From: an uncultured Pelagibacteraceae bacterium | Lineage (GTDB): Bacteria > Pseudomonadota > Alphaproteobacteria > Pelagibacterales > Pelagibacteraceae | DNA: 64,000 nucleotides | Assembly (NCBI GenBank): GCA_902626045.1 | Contig: CACODU010000001.1 | Coordinates: forward strand, 705-64,704 | Direction: 5' to 3' | Part shown: positions 30,437 to 40,497 of the stretch, in pieces | Layout of the letters: the number at the start of each line of letters is the position of its first letter | Position numbering within the stretch: position 1 is the stretch's first letter | Made by a program: the position numbers and the translations under genes | The notes under the pieces: model-generated | Seen by the model: the letters and a program-made list of their open reading frames with translations, nothing else | What the model was told of the DNA's origin: nothing | The model's database searches: none

Positions 30437-32292
30437 TGTTTAAAGGAGATTTTATAAAAAACCTTCCTAAAATATACGGGACCTACACGGGTGGTTTCAT
30501 AGTATTCATCATTTTGATGGCTATTGCGGAACAAGCTGGTGTGTCAGCTAAAAACATCGGAGTGATGTTTGTGGCTTTCACGGTTTTGATTTATGCCTTA
30601 ATCGGTTATTTATCACGAACCATACAAGTAGATGCCTACTATGTTGCAGGAAGACAAGTGCCAACCGTATTTAACGGAATGGCAACAGCAGCTGACTGGA
30701 TGTCAGGTGCTTCATTCGTAGCCTTAGCGGGTGGAGTTTACTTTGGTGGCTATACTTATATGGCCTTCTTAGTAGGTTGGACAGGTGGATACGTACTTGT
30801 TGCAACTTTAATGGCTCCGTACCTAAGAAAATTTGGATGTTACACAGTTCCTGATTTTATCGGAACACGATACGGTGGTAATCTCGTGAGAGCTTGCGCT
30901 GTATTTGTGCTTTTCATAGCATCATTTACTTACGTAACTGCACAAATTAACGCTACGGGTACAATTGCTTCTAGAGCTCTTGGAATTCCGTTTGAAGCAG
31001 GTGTATGGGTAGGATTAATAAGTATCCTTATCTGTTCAATGCTTGGTGGAATGAGAGCCGTAACTTGGACTCAGGTTGCTCAGTACATTGTATTAATTAT
31101 CGCTTACTTGATACCAGTATTCTGGATCAGTTCAAACGTTGGTGGAGGAATTTTCCCTCACTTAATGTTAGGTGATGAAGTTGCAAGACTTGGTGAACTT
31201 GAACAACAATTTGGACTAGTTAAAAACAGCGCCGCAGATATGAAAGCAGCTGGGGTACCAGGAGGATTGAAATACATCTCTGGAACTCACTCTGGAGTAC
31301 CTGAAGGTGGAATGGCTGTATGGAAATACTTATCGTTAGCGATTTGTATGATGGTAGGAACTGCATCGTTACCTCATATCTTAATGAGATACTTTACAAC
31401 TCCTTCTGTTAGAGCAGCAAGAAAATCAGTAGCTTGGTCGCTATTCTTTATTTTCTTACTATACTCTTCAGCGCCTATGTTAGCGACATTGTCTAAGTTG
31501 GCATTAATGGATCCAAATCTACCAACTGGAATTATTGGAAAATCAATTTCTGAAGTTCAGTCGATAGAATGGGTACAAAGATGGTCTGAAGTTAAACAAG
31601 TATTTATCGCAGACTTTAATGGTGACGGTATACTTCAGTTGAACGAATGGTTTATGAGAGGTGACGTTGTAGTATTAGCTACTCCAGAAGTAGCGGGACT
31701 ACCGTTTGTAATCTCTGGACTCGTGTTTGCTGGTGGTATGGCTGCTGCCATGTCAACTGCTGACGGTCTTGTGTTAGCGATATCAAATGCTTTATCTCAT
31801 GATATTTACTACAAAATCATAGATCCAAAAGCTGATACAGCTAAAAGACTTTTAGTTGCTCGTGTACTTCTAGTAATAATCGGAGCTGCAGGTGCTTACA
31901 TAGCCTCTTTCAGGCTAACAAGTATCTTAGGTTCGGTTGCTTGGGCATTTGACTTCGCAATGTCAGGCTTATTCTTCCCACTTGTGCTTGGTGTATGGTG
32001 GAAGAGAGCTACTAGAGCTGGTGCAATCGCTGGTATTGTAGCGGGAATTGGTTCAGGAACATTATACTTATTGTGGGTGTTCCCTAAATTCTCTGTGCCA
32101 ATATTTGGTGGTGTAAATACTCCATTCTTAGGTATCGACCACTTAAGATTTGGTTTAATTGGTGCACCAATTTGTTTAGTGGTAATGGTTGTAGTTAGTT
32201 TAATGACTAAAGAGCCATCTCCATCTGTACAAAAAATGGTAGACGATACGAGAATACCTACAGGTAAGGCTATTCTTGGTAAGCAACACTAA
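30436..32292 (+). CDS. Sodium:solute symporter, ActP/VC_2705-like (probable acetate/monocarboxylate uptake)
   Basis: YYVAGR, NGMATAADWMSGASF, GWTGGY, GTASLPHILMRYFT, AAMSTADGL. Confidence 0.92.
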   Translation: MFKGDFIKNLPKIYGTYTGGFIVFIILMAIAEQAGVSAKNIGVMFVAFTVLIYALIGYLSRTIQVDAYYVAGRQVPTVFNGMATAADWMSGASFVALAGGVYFGGYTYMAFLVGWTGGYVLVATLMAPYLRKFGCYTVPDFIGTRYGGNLVRACAVFVLFIASFTYVTAQINATGTIASRALGIPFEAGVWVGLISILICSMLGGMRAVTWTQVAQYIVLIIAYLIPVFWISSNVGGGIFPHLMLGDEVARLGELEQQFGLVKNSAADMKAAGVPGGLKYISGTHSGVPEGGMAVWKYLSLAICMMVGTASLPHILMRYFTTPSVRAARKSVAWSLFFIFLLYSSAPMLATLSKLALMDPNLPTGIIGKSISEVQSIEWVQRWSEVKQVFIADFNGDGILQLNEWFMRGDVVVLATPEVAGLPFVISGLVFAGGMAAAMSTADGLVLAISNALSHDIYYKIIDPKADTAKRLLVARVLLVIIGAAGAYIASFRLTSILGSVAWAFDFAMSGLFFPLVLGVWWKRATRAGAIAGIVAGIGSGTLYLLWVFPKFSVPIFGGVNTPFLGIDHLRFGLIGAPICLVVMVVVSLMTKEPSPSVQKMVDDTRIPTGKAILGKQH

Positions 32293-32311
32293 AAAATAAT
32301 TATTTAAAATT

Positions 32312-32343
32312 AAAAGGGGCGATTTTTTCGCCCCTTTTTTTTT
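32312..32343 (+). terminator. Intrinsic terminator of the symporter operon
   Basis: AAAAGGGGCGA-TTTTT-TCGCCCC followed by T9. Confidence 0.9.
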
Positions 32344-32369
32344 ACCTGAATCATGATAGTTTAACGATT

Positions 32370-32705
32370 ATGATACCTACCTGGGCGATTGTTTTGGATT
32401 ACGTTCTTGGAACAATAATGTGGACTTTAATTGGAAGAGCGTTCATGAATATCTTCCAAAGAGAAGACTCAACATTTTTTTTTATGAGGGTTTTTGTTAA
32501 ATACACAAATCCGATTATAAATTTATTTAAATTTATCACACCAAGCTTTTTATTTGGTCCATTTATAGCTCTTTATGTTGCCTGGTTTTTTTACTTATTT
32601 AGATTTTACGCCATGCCTTATATTTTAGGTTATGATGTGTGGGGAATGTTGGCATTTCCACTTGAAAGTGATTTTTCAAGACAACTTTATCAATTATTTA
32701 ATTAA
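32370..32705 (+). CDS. Small membrane protein, YggT-like
   Basis: MWTLIGR......F..VFVKYTNPII..F..ITP resembles the YggT pattern of 22676-22966. Confidence 0.7.
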   Translation: MIPTWAIVLDYVLGTIMWTLIGRAFMNIFQREDSTFFFMRVFVKYTNPIINLFKFITPSFLFGPFIALYVAWFFYLFRFYAMPYILGYDVWGMLAFPLESDFSRQLYQLFN

Positions 32706-32710
32706 TTTTT

Positions 32711-32738
32711 TTGACAAAGTTTTACTTTAAAATATAAA
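32711..32738 (+). promoter_or_regulatory. sigma70 promoter of rpe (probably leaderless)
   Basis: TTGACA-N16-TATAAA, 6 nt before the ATG at 32745. Confidence 0.55.
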
Positions 32739-32744
32739 CAAAAT

Positions 32745-33407
32745 ATGAGTCAATTAGTTAAAATTTCACCATCAATTTTATCTGCTGATTTTAGCAAACT
32801 TGGAAATGAAGTAATATCACTAGAAAAAGCTGGCGCTGATTATATTCACATTGATGTTATGGATGGGCACTTTGTTCCTAACTTAACAATTGGCCCTGAA
32901 GTTATAAAAAAGCTTAGACCATTAACAAAAAAAACATTTGATGTTCATTTAATGATTTCACCGGTAGATAATTTTATAAAAGATTTTGCAAATGCCGGTG
33001 CTGATATTATTACATTTCATCCTGAAGCAACGGATGATGTTTCAAAAACAATAAAACTTATCAAAGAACAAAATAAAAAAGTAGGAATTTCCCTTAAACC
33101 AAAATCAAAAATAGATTTAATAAAAAATTATTTAAATGAAATAAATTTAGTTCTTATCATGAGTGTTGAACCTGGATTCGGTGGCCAAAAATTTATGCCA
33201 GAGGTTTTAGAGAAAACAAAAGCAATTAGAGATTTAATAGATAAACAAAATCTAAATGTAGACGTTGAAATAGACGGAGGAATCAACTTTGAAAATTGTT
33301 CAAAAGCAAAAAATGCAGGCGCAAATATACTTGTTTCGGGGTCTACTATATTTAAAGAAAATAAAGGCGACCTTAAAAAAAATATAGAAATACTCAGAAA
33401 TAATTAA
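32745..33407 (+). CDS. rpe: Ribulose-phosphate 3-epimerase
   Basis: SPSILSADF, HIDVMDGHFVPN, DVHLM, MSVEPGFGGQKF, IDGG. Confidence 0.97.
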   Translation: MSQLVKISPSILSADFSKLGNEVISLEKAGADYIHIDVMDGHFVPNLTIGPEVIKKLRPLTKKTFDVHLMISPVDNFIKDFANAGADIITFHPEATDDVSKTIKLIKEQNKKVGISLKPKSKIDLIKNYLNEINLVLIMSVEPGFGGQKFMPEVLEKTKAIRDLIDKQNLNVDVEIDGGINFENCSKAKNAGANILVSGSTIFKENKGDLKKNIEILRNN

Positions 33408-33410
33408 TAG

Positions 33411-35051
33411 ATGTTTGGGCTAAAAAGTGTCTATTTCTATTTGATCGCATGTCAAATAACATTAATAAAACTTTTTAAAAAGATTTATTTTTCCTCAAAA
33501 AACTATAATAAATCACTTGAATCAGTTATACCTCAACAAGTTTATCATAGTCCTAATCCTTTTTTACTCTCAATAATTAAAACTTACAAAAAACAATCCT
33601 TTAAGATTAATGAAATAGATCCAAATATTTTTTGGTTAGAAGATAATAAAAATAGTTCCAAAGAGATACATAATTTTTCTTGGCTTACTCTGTTAGATAG
33701 AAAAACTGATAACAGAAAAATAAAAAAAATTATCTATATCTGGATGCTAAAAAATTCTAAATATAAAAGAAGTATATGGGATACATCTACTTTAAGTACA
33801 AGAGTTATAAGTTGGATATTAAATATTGATTTTATTTTAAATAATAGCACTTTTGATTTTAGAAATAATTTTCTTTCATGCATAATAAGACAAACAAATC
33901 ATTTAAAAAAAAATATAAAGTTTGAGAAAAATTATGTAAAAAAAATAGAGATATTGACAGCAATTATCTTAACGGGCATTGTTTTTAAAGAGTACAAAGA
34001 TAATTACGAGTTAGGTATAAAAGAATTAGAGACACTTGTAAAAATTTTTTTTAACAAAGATGGTTTTCCTTTATCTAGAAATCCTAATGATCTACTTCTC
34101 TTTTCAAAATATTTAATACTGTGCAAAGAAGCTATTAAAGACTCTCAAAAGTATGTGCCTGAATTCTTAGAAGATATAATTGAAAATAGTTTATTTTGTT
34201 TAAATTTTATTAAAACACCTGATGGACAATTACCATTATTTAACGGATCAACAGTTACAGATTTAAATCAAATTGAAAAATATTTAGGAGATACAAGAAA
34301 AAAAAAGGTTTTGGTTAAAACTATAGGTGGACTTTTCAAGATTAAACATAAATCACATTTAGTTTTTATAGACATTGAAAGCCCGCCACCGAAAAAATTT
34401 TCGAAAAGTTATCAATCTGGTCCATTATCTTTTGAATATTTTCTCGACGATATTAAAATTATCACAAATTCAGGTTTTGGAGTGAATATTTCTAAAAAAG
34501 CAGAAACCTTGAGCAGGTTATCCGTTTGTCAATCTACTTTAAATTTAAATGACACTTCGGTAACCAAATTTGAAAAAAATGAATTAATTAATAAGGTTTT
34601 TGGAAACTCAATTAAAAATAGTTTTAGATTTTATGATCAGGAGACTAGGGATGAGGACAATCGAATAGGCTGCTTGGCGACAAACAATGGATATGAAAAA
34701 AATTTTGGGTGTGAACATAAAAGAGAGATTTATATTGATAAGGATCAAGATTGCTTAAAAGGAATAGACCATATTTTTAAGAAAAAAGACGGCTATCCTG
34801 TCAGATATAATTTTAGATTCTATATAAATCCTAAACTGAATGCCGTTAAGACCATGGGAGGAAATGGAGCTTTAATTCAGATATCTAAAAATAAATCGCT
34901 TTTATTCACAATTAAAGATGAAATCATAGAGATTGAAAAAAGTATATTTTTTGGAAACAAAAAATTTTTAGATAACACTTGTATATCAATTTCAGGTAAT
35001 CTAGTTAATAAAAATAAATCATTTATTTGGGAGATTAAGAAAAACGTCTAA
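33411..35051 (+). CDS. Heparinase II/III-like family protein (divergent)
   Basis: H.F.WL, R.ISW, DG..LSRNP, PDG.LPLFNG, LSFE; position between rpe and purH as in other alphaproteobacteria. Confidence 0.75.
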   Translation: MFGLKSVYFYLIACQITLIKLFKKIYFSSKNYNKSLESVIPQQVYHSPNPFLLSIIKTYKKQSFKINEIDPNIFWLEDNKNSSKEIHNFSWLTLLDRKTDNRKIKKIIYIWMLKNSKYKRSIWDTSTLSTRVISWILNIDFILNNSTFDFRNNFLSCIIRQTNHLKKNIKFEKNYVKKIEILTAIILTGIVFKEYKDNYELGIKELETLVKIFFNKDGFPLSRNPNDLLLFSKYLILCKEAIKDSQKYVPEFLEDIIENSLFCLNFIKTPDGQLPLFNGSTVTDLNQIEKYLGDTRKKKVLVKTIGGLFKIKHKSHLVFIDIESPPPKKFSKSYQSGPLSFEYFLDDIKIITNSGFGVNISKKAETLSRLSVCQSTLNLNDTSVTKFEKNELINKVFGNSIKNSFRFYDQETRDEDNRIGCLATNNGYEKNFGCEHKREIYIDKDQDCLKGIDHIFKKKDGYPVRYNFRFYINPKLNAVKTMGGNGALIQISKNKSLLFTIKDEIIEIEKSIFFGNKKFLDNTCISISGNLVNKNKSFIWEIKKNV

Positions 35052-35052
35052 G

Positions 35053-36603
35053 ATGAATTTAAAAGTTAAAAATGCTCTAATTTCTGTCTCTGATAAAGAA
35101 AATCTTTCTTTAATACTCAAAGTTTTAAAAAAATTTAATATCAAAATAATTAGTTCTGGTGGAACTTACAAATCTATTAAAAAACTTGGTTATAAATGTA
35201 CTGAATTATCTAAATATACTGGCTTTGAAGAAATGTTAGACGGAAGAGTTAAAACACTACACCCAAAAATACACGCTGGTATTCTTCATGATAGACAAAA
35301 CAAGAGACATCAACGCGAAATGCTTAAACAGAATTTTCCAGCAATTGATCTTATAATAGTAAATTTTTATCCTTTTCAGAAAATTGTATTAAACTCTAAA
35401 AATTCAAAAAATATAATTGAAAATATTGACATAGGTGGTCCTACAATGGTCAGGGCAGCGGCTAAAAATTTTAATAATGTTACAATTGTTACAAATAAGC
35501 ATGATTATAAATCTTTAATCCAGGAGCTGAATATCAATAAAGGGAAAACAACTTTAAAATTTAGAGAGTTAATGTCATCTAAAGCATTTGGATTAACTGC
35601 TTACTACGATGCAATGATCGCAAATTGGTTTAATGAAAAACTGAAGATTGACTTTCCTGAGAGAAAAACAATTTTTGGTCGAAAATTACATAAATTAAGA
35701 TATGGCGAAAATCCTCATCAACAAAGCTCAATTTACGTAAACGACTATGATGACAAACGCCTATCTTTCAAACAATTGCACGGAAAAGAATTGAGTTATA
35801 ACAATTACAACGACATGTTTGCTTCTTTGGATATTCTGAAATCTCTTAAAAAAAAGTTTAGTACAGTAATTATAAAACATGCAAATCCTTGTGGCGTATC
35901 AGAAAATAAAGATCCTTTGAAATCTTTTAAAAATGCATTCTCTTGTGATCCTGTAAGCGCCTTTGGAGGTATTATTGCATGTAATTTTAAGATAAATAAA
36001 AAAATTGCAATAGAAATTAATAAAAATTTTTTAGAAGCAATACTGGCAGTAGGTTTTGATAAAGAGTCGTTGCAAATCTTAAAAAAGAAAAAAAATTTAA
36101 GAATTATTGATATTTCTAATTTTAAACCAAAAAACTTGATATCTGTGAAATTATTTGATGGTTCATTTTTAATACAAAGTAAAGATAGTATAATTATTAA
36201 TGAAAAAAAATTGAGATGTGTGACAAAGTTAAAACCAAGTAAGAAGGAACTTTCTGAAGTGAAATTTGCTTATAATATTTGTAAACATGTTAAATCTAAT
36301 GGAATTGTATTGTGTAATAATTTTTCAACAATTGGTATTGGAGCTGGACAACCAAGTAGGTTAGATAGCTGTAAAATAGCAGTCCAAAAAGCAAAGCAAT
36401 TTCAACTTTCAAAGATTAAAAACTCAGTTGCTGCTTCAGATGCTTTTTTTCCATTTACCGATGGAGTTCAAACTTTAATAAGAGCTGGTGTAAAGACTAT
36501 TATTCAACCTGGCGGCTCAATTAGAGATCAAGAAGTAATCAATGCAGCTAATAAAGCAAAAATAAAAATGTTATTTACTGATGTAAGGCATTTTAATCAC
36601 TGA
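35053..36603 (+). CDS. purH: Bifunctional AICAR transformylase/IMP cyclohydrolase
   Basis: ALISVSDK, GRVKTLHP, IDIGGP, RYGENPHQ, KHANPCG, SDAFFPF. Confidence 0.97.
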   Translation: MNLKVKNALISVSDKENLSLILKVLKKFNIKIISSGGTYKSIKKLGYKCTELSKYTGFEEMLDGRVKTLHPKIHAGILHDRQNKRHQREMLKQNFPAIDLIIVNFYPFQKIVLNSKNSKNIIENIDIGGPTMVRAAAKNFNNVTIVTNKHDYKSLIQELNINKGKTTLKFRELMSSKAFGLTAYYDAMIANWFNEKLKIDFPERKTIFGRKLHKLRYGENPHQQSSIYVNDYDDKRLSFKQLHGKELSYNNYNDMFASLDILKSLKKKFSTVIIKHANPCGVSENKDPLKSFKNAFSCDPVSAFGGIIACNFKINKKIAIEINKNFLEAILAVGFDKESLQILKKKKNLRIIDISNFKPKNLISVKLFDGSFLIQSKDSIIINEKKLRCVTKLKPSKKELSEVKFAYNICKHVKSNGIVLCNNFSTIGIGAGQPSRLDSCKIAVQKAKQFQLSKIKNSVAASDAFFPFTDGVQTLIRAGVKTIIQPGGSIRDQEVINAANKAKIKMLFTDVRHFNH

Positions 36604-36939
36604 TCAAATTTTATCAATCTTAGCAGCCAATATAAAATCACTCTCGGCTAAACCTTTTATAGCGTGAGTAAAAATTTTGATTGTGCAATAGCCCCAGCCA
36701 AATGAAATATCAGGGTGATGATTTTCTGCCTCAGCTAAATTTCCCACTTTATTTATAAAAATTTGACTTTCTTTAAAATTCTTAAATTTAAAATCCTTTA
36801 TTAGGTAAAAATTTTTATTTTCGTTACTTTTCACCTCCCAACCATCGACTTTTTTTAAATATTTGTGTATTTGACTGGTATCGAATGGAGGTATGTTCCC
36901 TTCGCACGCAACACATTTTTTTTTTGATAAATCATTCAT
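36604..36939 (-). CDS. phhB: Pterin-4-alpha-carbinolamine dehydratase
   Basis: F.FKNF, AE.ENHHPDI, THAIKGL...DFILAAKID. Confidence 0.92.
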   Translation of the reverse strand: MNDLSKKKCVACEGNIPPFDTSQIHKYLKKVDGWEVKSNENKNFYLIKDFKFKNFKESQIFINKVGNLAEAENHHPDISFGWGYCTIKIFTHAIKGLAESDFILAAKIDKI

Positions 36940-36943
36940 AATT

Positions 36944-37018
36944 TGGAGCGGGCAAAGGGGCTCGAACCCTCGACCTTCTCGTTGGCAACGAGACGCTCTA
37001 CCACTGAGCTATGCCCGC
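36944..37018 (-). tRNA. tRNA-Gly (GCC)
   Basis: GCGGGCATAGCTCAGTGGTAGAGCGTCTCGTTGCCAACGAGAAGGTCGAGGGTTCGAGCCCCTTTGCCCGCTCCA: full cloverleaf, anticodon GCC, encoded CCA. Confidence 0.97.
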
Positions 37019-37109
37019 AATAGAATAAGTATAGTATACACTCTTATCAATGGTCAACCATTATAAAATGTCTCTACCGCAAAGAGGTTTTTTTTTGTAT
37101 AGTTATTCA

Positions 37110-37727
37110 ATGAAAAAATTTCCAGAAATTATTCCAGTTTTCCCTCTAAGTGGAGTTATATATTTTCCTCAAACAAATTTACCATTAAATATTTTTGAAA
37201 CGAGATACCTAGAATTAGTAAATGATGCTTACAACAAAAATAAATTAATGGGAATGGTACAATCTAAAAGATTTGGTAATACTCTATACGATATTGGTTG
37301 TCTTGGAAAAATAAGTGATTATCAAAAAAGTAAAGACGGTAGAATTATCATCAATTTAACAGGAGTATCTAGATTTAGGATATTAAAGGAGATATCAAAT
37401 AAAAAATTATATCGAGAATTTCAAGTTAAATATGAGGATTTTGAAGAAGATGTAAATAATGCTAATAGCGAAATCAATATTGATAATTTGATGAAAAAAG
37501 CCAAAATCTTCTTTAAGAAAAATGGGCTTTTACTTAATTGGAGAGAATTTGAAAGATTAGACCAATCGCAAAAAATTAATACTCTAGCAATGATTGCTCC
37601 GATTACTAATGAGGAAAAGCAGAAACTTTTAGAAACAATTTCTTTGGAAAATAAAGTAAGTATACTTGAAAGTATAATTGATTTTTATTTACACGAAAAT
37701 AATTTTAGTAGTCAAACAGTTCAGTAA
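37110..37727 (+). CDS. LON peptidase substrate-binding (N-terminal) domain protein; probable start 37110
   Basis: IPVFPL, LPLNIFE.RY, IGCLG.I, DGR..I.L.G..RF, EKQ.LLE. Confidence 0.88.
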   Translation: MKKFPEIIPVFPLSGVIYFPQTNLPLNIFETRYLELVNDAYNKNKLMGMVQSKRFGNTLYDIGCLGKISDYQKSKDGRIIINLTGVSRFRILKEISNKKLYREFQVKYEDFEEDVNNANSEINIDNLMKKAKIFFKKNGLLLNWREFERLDQSQKINTLAMIAPITNEEKQKLLETISLENKVSILESIIDFYLHENNFSSQTVQ

Positions 37728-37728
37728 A

Positions 37729-39003
37729 CTAATTTGCTGTCTTATTCATCGAGTCAAAAAAGTCAGCATTATTTTTAGTGTTTTTTAGTTTGGAAATTAA
37801 AAACTCAATCCCATCCATTGTCCCCATTGGACTTATAATTCTTCTTAACACATTCATTTTAGAAAGGTCATCTTTTTCAAATAAAAGTTCTTCTCTTCTA
37901 GTTCCTGATCTAGTGATATCTAATGCAGGATAAATTCTTTTATCTGCTACTTTTCTATCAAGTATAAGTTCTGAATTACCAGTTCCTTTGAACTCTTCAA
38001 AAATTACCTCATCCATTCTACTACCTGTATCAATTAAAGCTGTTGAAATTATTGTTAAAGAACCGCCCTCTTCTACATTTCTTGCTGCTCCAAAAAATCT
38101 TTTTGGTCTTTGTAGAGCATTTGCATCTACACCACCTGTTAATACTTTTCCAGAGCTTGGTATCACAGCGTTGTAAGCTCTTCCCAATCTTGTGATTGAG
38201 TCTAATAATATGACAACATCTTTTTTGTGTTCAACTAAACGCTTAGCTTTTTCTATTACCATTTCTGCAACAGCGACGTGTCTAGATGCAGGTTCATCAA
38301 ATGTTGAGGCTACCACCTCACCTTTGACTGATCTTTGCATGTCTGTAACCTCCTCAGGTCTTTCATCTATTAGCAAAACCATTAAGTAGCACTCGGGATG
38401 ATTTGCGGTGATCGATTGAGCAATATTTTGAAGAATAATTGTTTTACCTGCTCTTGGTGGAGATACAATAAGCGATCTTTGACCTTTGCCTATTGGACTT
38501 ACTAAATCAATTAGTCTTGCAGTGTTGTCGGGTTTTTTTTCAATTTTTGTCGTTTCGACTTCCAGTTTAATTCTTTCATTCGGGTAAAGAGGAGTTAAAT
38601 TATCAAATGCTATTTTGTTCTTTCCTTTTTCTGATTCATCAAAATTAATCTTGTTCACTTTTAAAAGAGCAAAATATCTTTCTGCATCTTTTGGTCCCCT
38701 AATTTCTCCTTCAACAGAGTCTCCTGTTCTTAAACCAAATCTTCTAATTTGACTTGGGCTTACATAAATGTCATCTGGTCCTGGCAAATAGTTAGACTCA
38801 ATTGCTCTAAGAAAACCAAAGCCATCTTGTAGCACTTCAAGCACACCTGTTGCTGTAATTTGTTCGTTTTTTTCAGCTAATTTTTTTAATATAGCAAAAA
38901 GAATTTCCTGTTTCCTAAGCGTGCTTGGATTTTCAATTCCAAGTTTTTCAGCTTCATTAATAAGTTCTGCGGGGTTCTTTTGCTTTAATTCTTGTAAATT
39001 CAT
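37729..39003 (-). CDS. rho: Transcription termination factor Rho
   Basis: [41 protein letters not shown]. Confidence 0.98.
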   Translation of the reverse strand: MNLQELKQKNPAELINEAEKLGIENPSTLRKQEILFAILKKLAEKNEQITATGVLEVLQDGFGFLRAIESNYLPGPDDIYVSPSQIRRFGLRTGDSVEGEIRGPKDAERYFALLKVNKINFDESEKGKNKIAFDNLTPLYPNERIKLEVETTKIEKKPDNTARLIDLVSPIGKGQRSLIVSPPRAGKTIILQNIAQSITANHPECYLMVLLIDERPEEVTDMQRSVKGEVVASTFDEPASRHVAVAEMVIEKAKRLVEHKKDVVILLDSITRLGRAYNAVIPSSGKVLTGGVDANALQRPKRFFGAARNVEEGGSLTIISTALIDTGSRMDEVIFEEFKGTGNSELILDRKVADKRIYPALDITRSGTRREELLFEKDDLSKMNVLRRIISPMGTMDGIEFLISKLKNTKNNADFFDSMNKTAN

Positions 39004-39036
39004 GTGAGTTTATTGATAATTAGGAAAGTATTAAAA

Positions 39037-39064
39037 ATATATGGTTTTTTAAAAAAAATTCAAG
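39037..39064 (-). promoter_or_regulatory. Candidate promoter of rho (RpoH-like, or sigma70)
   Basis: Minus strand CTTGAA-N14-CCATATAT. Confidence 0.4.
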
Positions 39065-39066
39065 TC

Positions 39067-39510
39067 TTATGTTAAAGGCTTAAAAACGACAACAAATACA
39101 ACTACAATAAGTATTATTGTGGGCACTTCATTTATAATTCTATAAAATTTCGTCTCTTTGTGATTGTTGTCTACTGCAAAGTCATGAAGGTATTTTCCAA
39201 GCATAAAATGGTAATAAGTTAAAATTAAAACTGATATAGTTTTTATTTGCATCCAAAGTTCATTGAAAACATTAAAACCTAGGTTATGAATTAACAAGAC
39301 ACCAAATATCCAAGATAATAACATAGCTGGCATCATAATATAGTTATAAAGCTTTCTTTCCATTATTTTAAAGATTTGTTTCTGTGAGTCATGAGTTGCC
39401 TCTGAATGGTAAACAAATATTCTTGGTAGATACAATAGTCCTGCCATCCAAGATATTACCGCAATTAAATGTAGTGATTTAAATAGAAGATATAAATTCA
39501 TTTTAGACAA
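39067..39510 (-). CDS. hemJ: Protoporphyrinogen oxidase HemJ
   Basis: KSLHLIAVISWMAGLLYLPRIFVYH, MERKL, NEVPT. Confidence 0.95.
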   Translation of the reverse strand: MSKMNLYLLFKSLHLIAVISWMAGLLYLPRIFVYHSEATHDSQKQIFKIMERKLYNYIMMPAMLLSWIFGVLLIHNLGFNVFNELWMQIKTISVLILTYYHFMLGKYLHDFAVDNNHKETKFYRIINEVPTIILIVVVFVVVFKPLT

Positions 39511-40495
39511 ATTTCTTTACGAGATTTTCAAATAAATTAATATGATCTGAATTGTCGTTGAGACATGAGATTAAATCAAAATTTTCTCCACCATTCTTTA
39601 AAAAACTTTCTCTTCCCTGAATATTTATCTCTTCCAAAGTCTCAACACAATCTGAAGCAAAGCCAGGGCAGATAACTAATAAATTTCTAACACCTTTTTC
39701 AGGCAAGGTTTCTAAAGTTTTATCTGTATAAGGTGTCAGCCACTCTTGAGGCCCAAATCTTGACTGGAAAGTAGTTTGAATATCTATGGAAGAGTATTTC
39801 TCTTTCATCAGTCTAGTTGTCTTGTGACAGTAACAATGATATGGATCGCCTTTGTCAAAATATTTTTTAGGTATTCCGTGGTAAGAAGAAATTATTAAAT
39901 CTGGTTTCCAGTTAATTGATTGTACTTTATTCTCAATGCTATTTACTAGTGCATTAATATATTCTGGATTTGACTCGTAATGAGGTATTATTTGTAAACT
40001 AGGTTGCCATCTCATTTTCATTAAAGATCGATAAACTTCATCGCATACTGTAGCTGTGGTTGCGGCTGCATATTGAGGATATAACGGTAGAATTATTATT
40101 TTTTCACATCCTTCATCTTTTAATAAATTAAGCTTTAATCTAATACTTGGATTCCCATATCTCATGGCAAAATCTACAATTATTTTTTCATTACCTATCT
40201 TTTCTTTAAGTTTAAGAGCTTGATTTCTTGTAAAATATAATAATGGGGACTCATTGCTTTCTTTTCTCCAAATTTTTTTATAAGCATGTGCCGTTTTGGA
40301 AGGTCTTAAAGTAAGTATAAATAAATTTAAAATTATTTGCCAAATTATTGGATTAACTTCTATAACTCTTCGATCAGACAAAAATTCCTTCAGATATCTT
40401 CTGATGTCCCACCAGCTGGTCGAGTCAGGTGTACCGAGATTAATCAATAGCACCCCTGTTTTACCAAATTTTACCTCTGGATGATCTTTTTTCAT
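39503..40495 (-). CDS. hemH: Ferrochelatase
   Basis: NLGTP, YLKEFLSDRRV, MRYGNP, PLYPQY, SYHG, FQSRFG, DCVETLEE. Confidence 0.97.
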   Translation of the reverse strand: MKKDHPEVKFGKTGVLLINLGTPDSTSWWDIRRYLKEFLSDRRVIEVNPIIWQIILNLFILTLRPSKTAHAYKKIWRKESNESPLLYFTRNQALKLKEKIGNEKIIVDFAMRYGNPSIRLKLNLLKDEGCEKIIILPLYPQYAAATTATVCDEVYRSLMKMRWQPSLQIIPHYESNPEYINALVNSIENKVQSINWKPDLIISSYHGIPKKYFDKGDPYHCYCHKTTRLMKEKYSSIDIQTTFQSRFGPQEWLTPYTDKTLETLPEKGVRNLLVICPGFASDCVETLEEINIQGRESFLKNGGENFDLISCLNDNSDHINLFENLVKKFV

Positions 40496-40497
40496 TA

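Noticed and set aside
36916-36925. Long A/T homopolymers near gene starts (phhB, gyaR, parB) as phase-variation tracts
   Set aside because: They are in-frame Lys codon runs in housekeeping genes, common at this AT content; all frames are intact
36940-37110. tRNA-Gly as a possible island integration site
   Set aside because: No integrase and no duplicated tRNA 3' end noticed; flanks are core genes
39004-39036. G-free, C-containing rho leader as an autoregulatory rut site
   Set aside because: About 30 nt is too short for a typical rut site, and G-poor tracts are expected here
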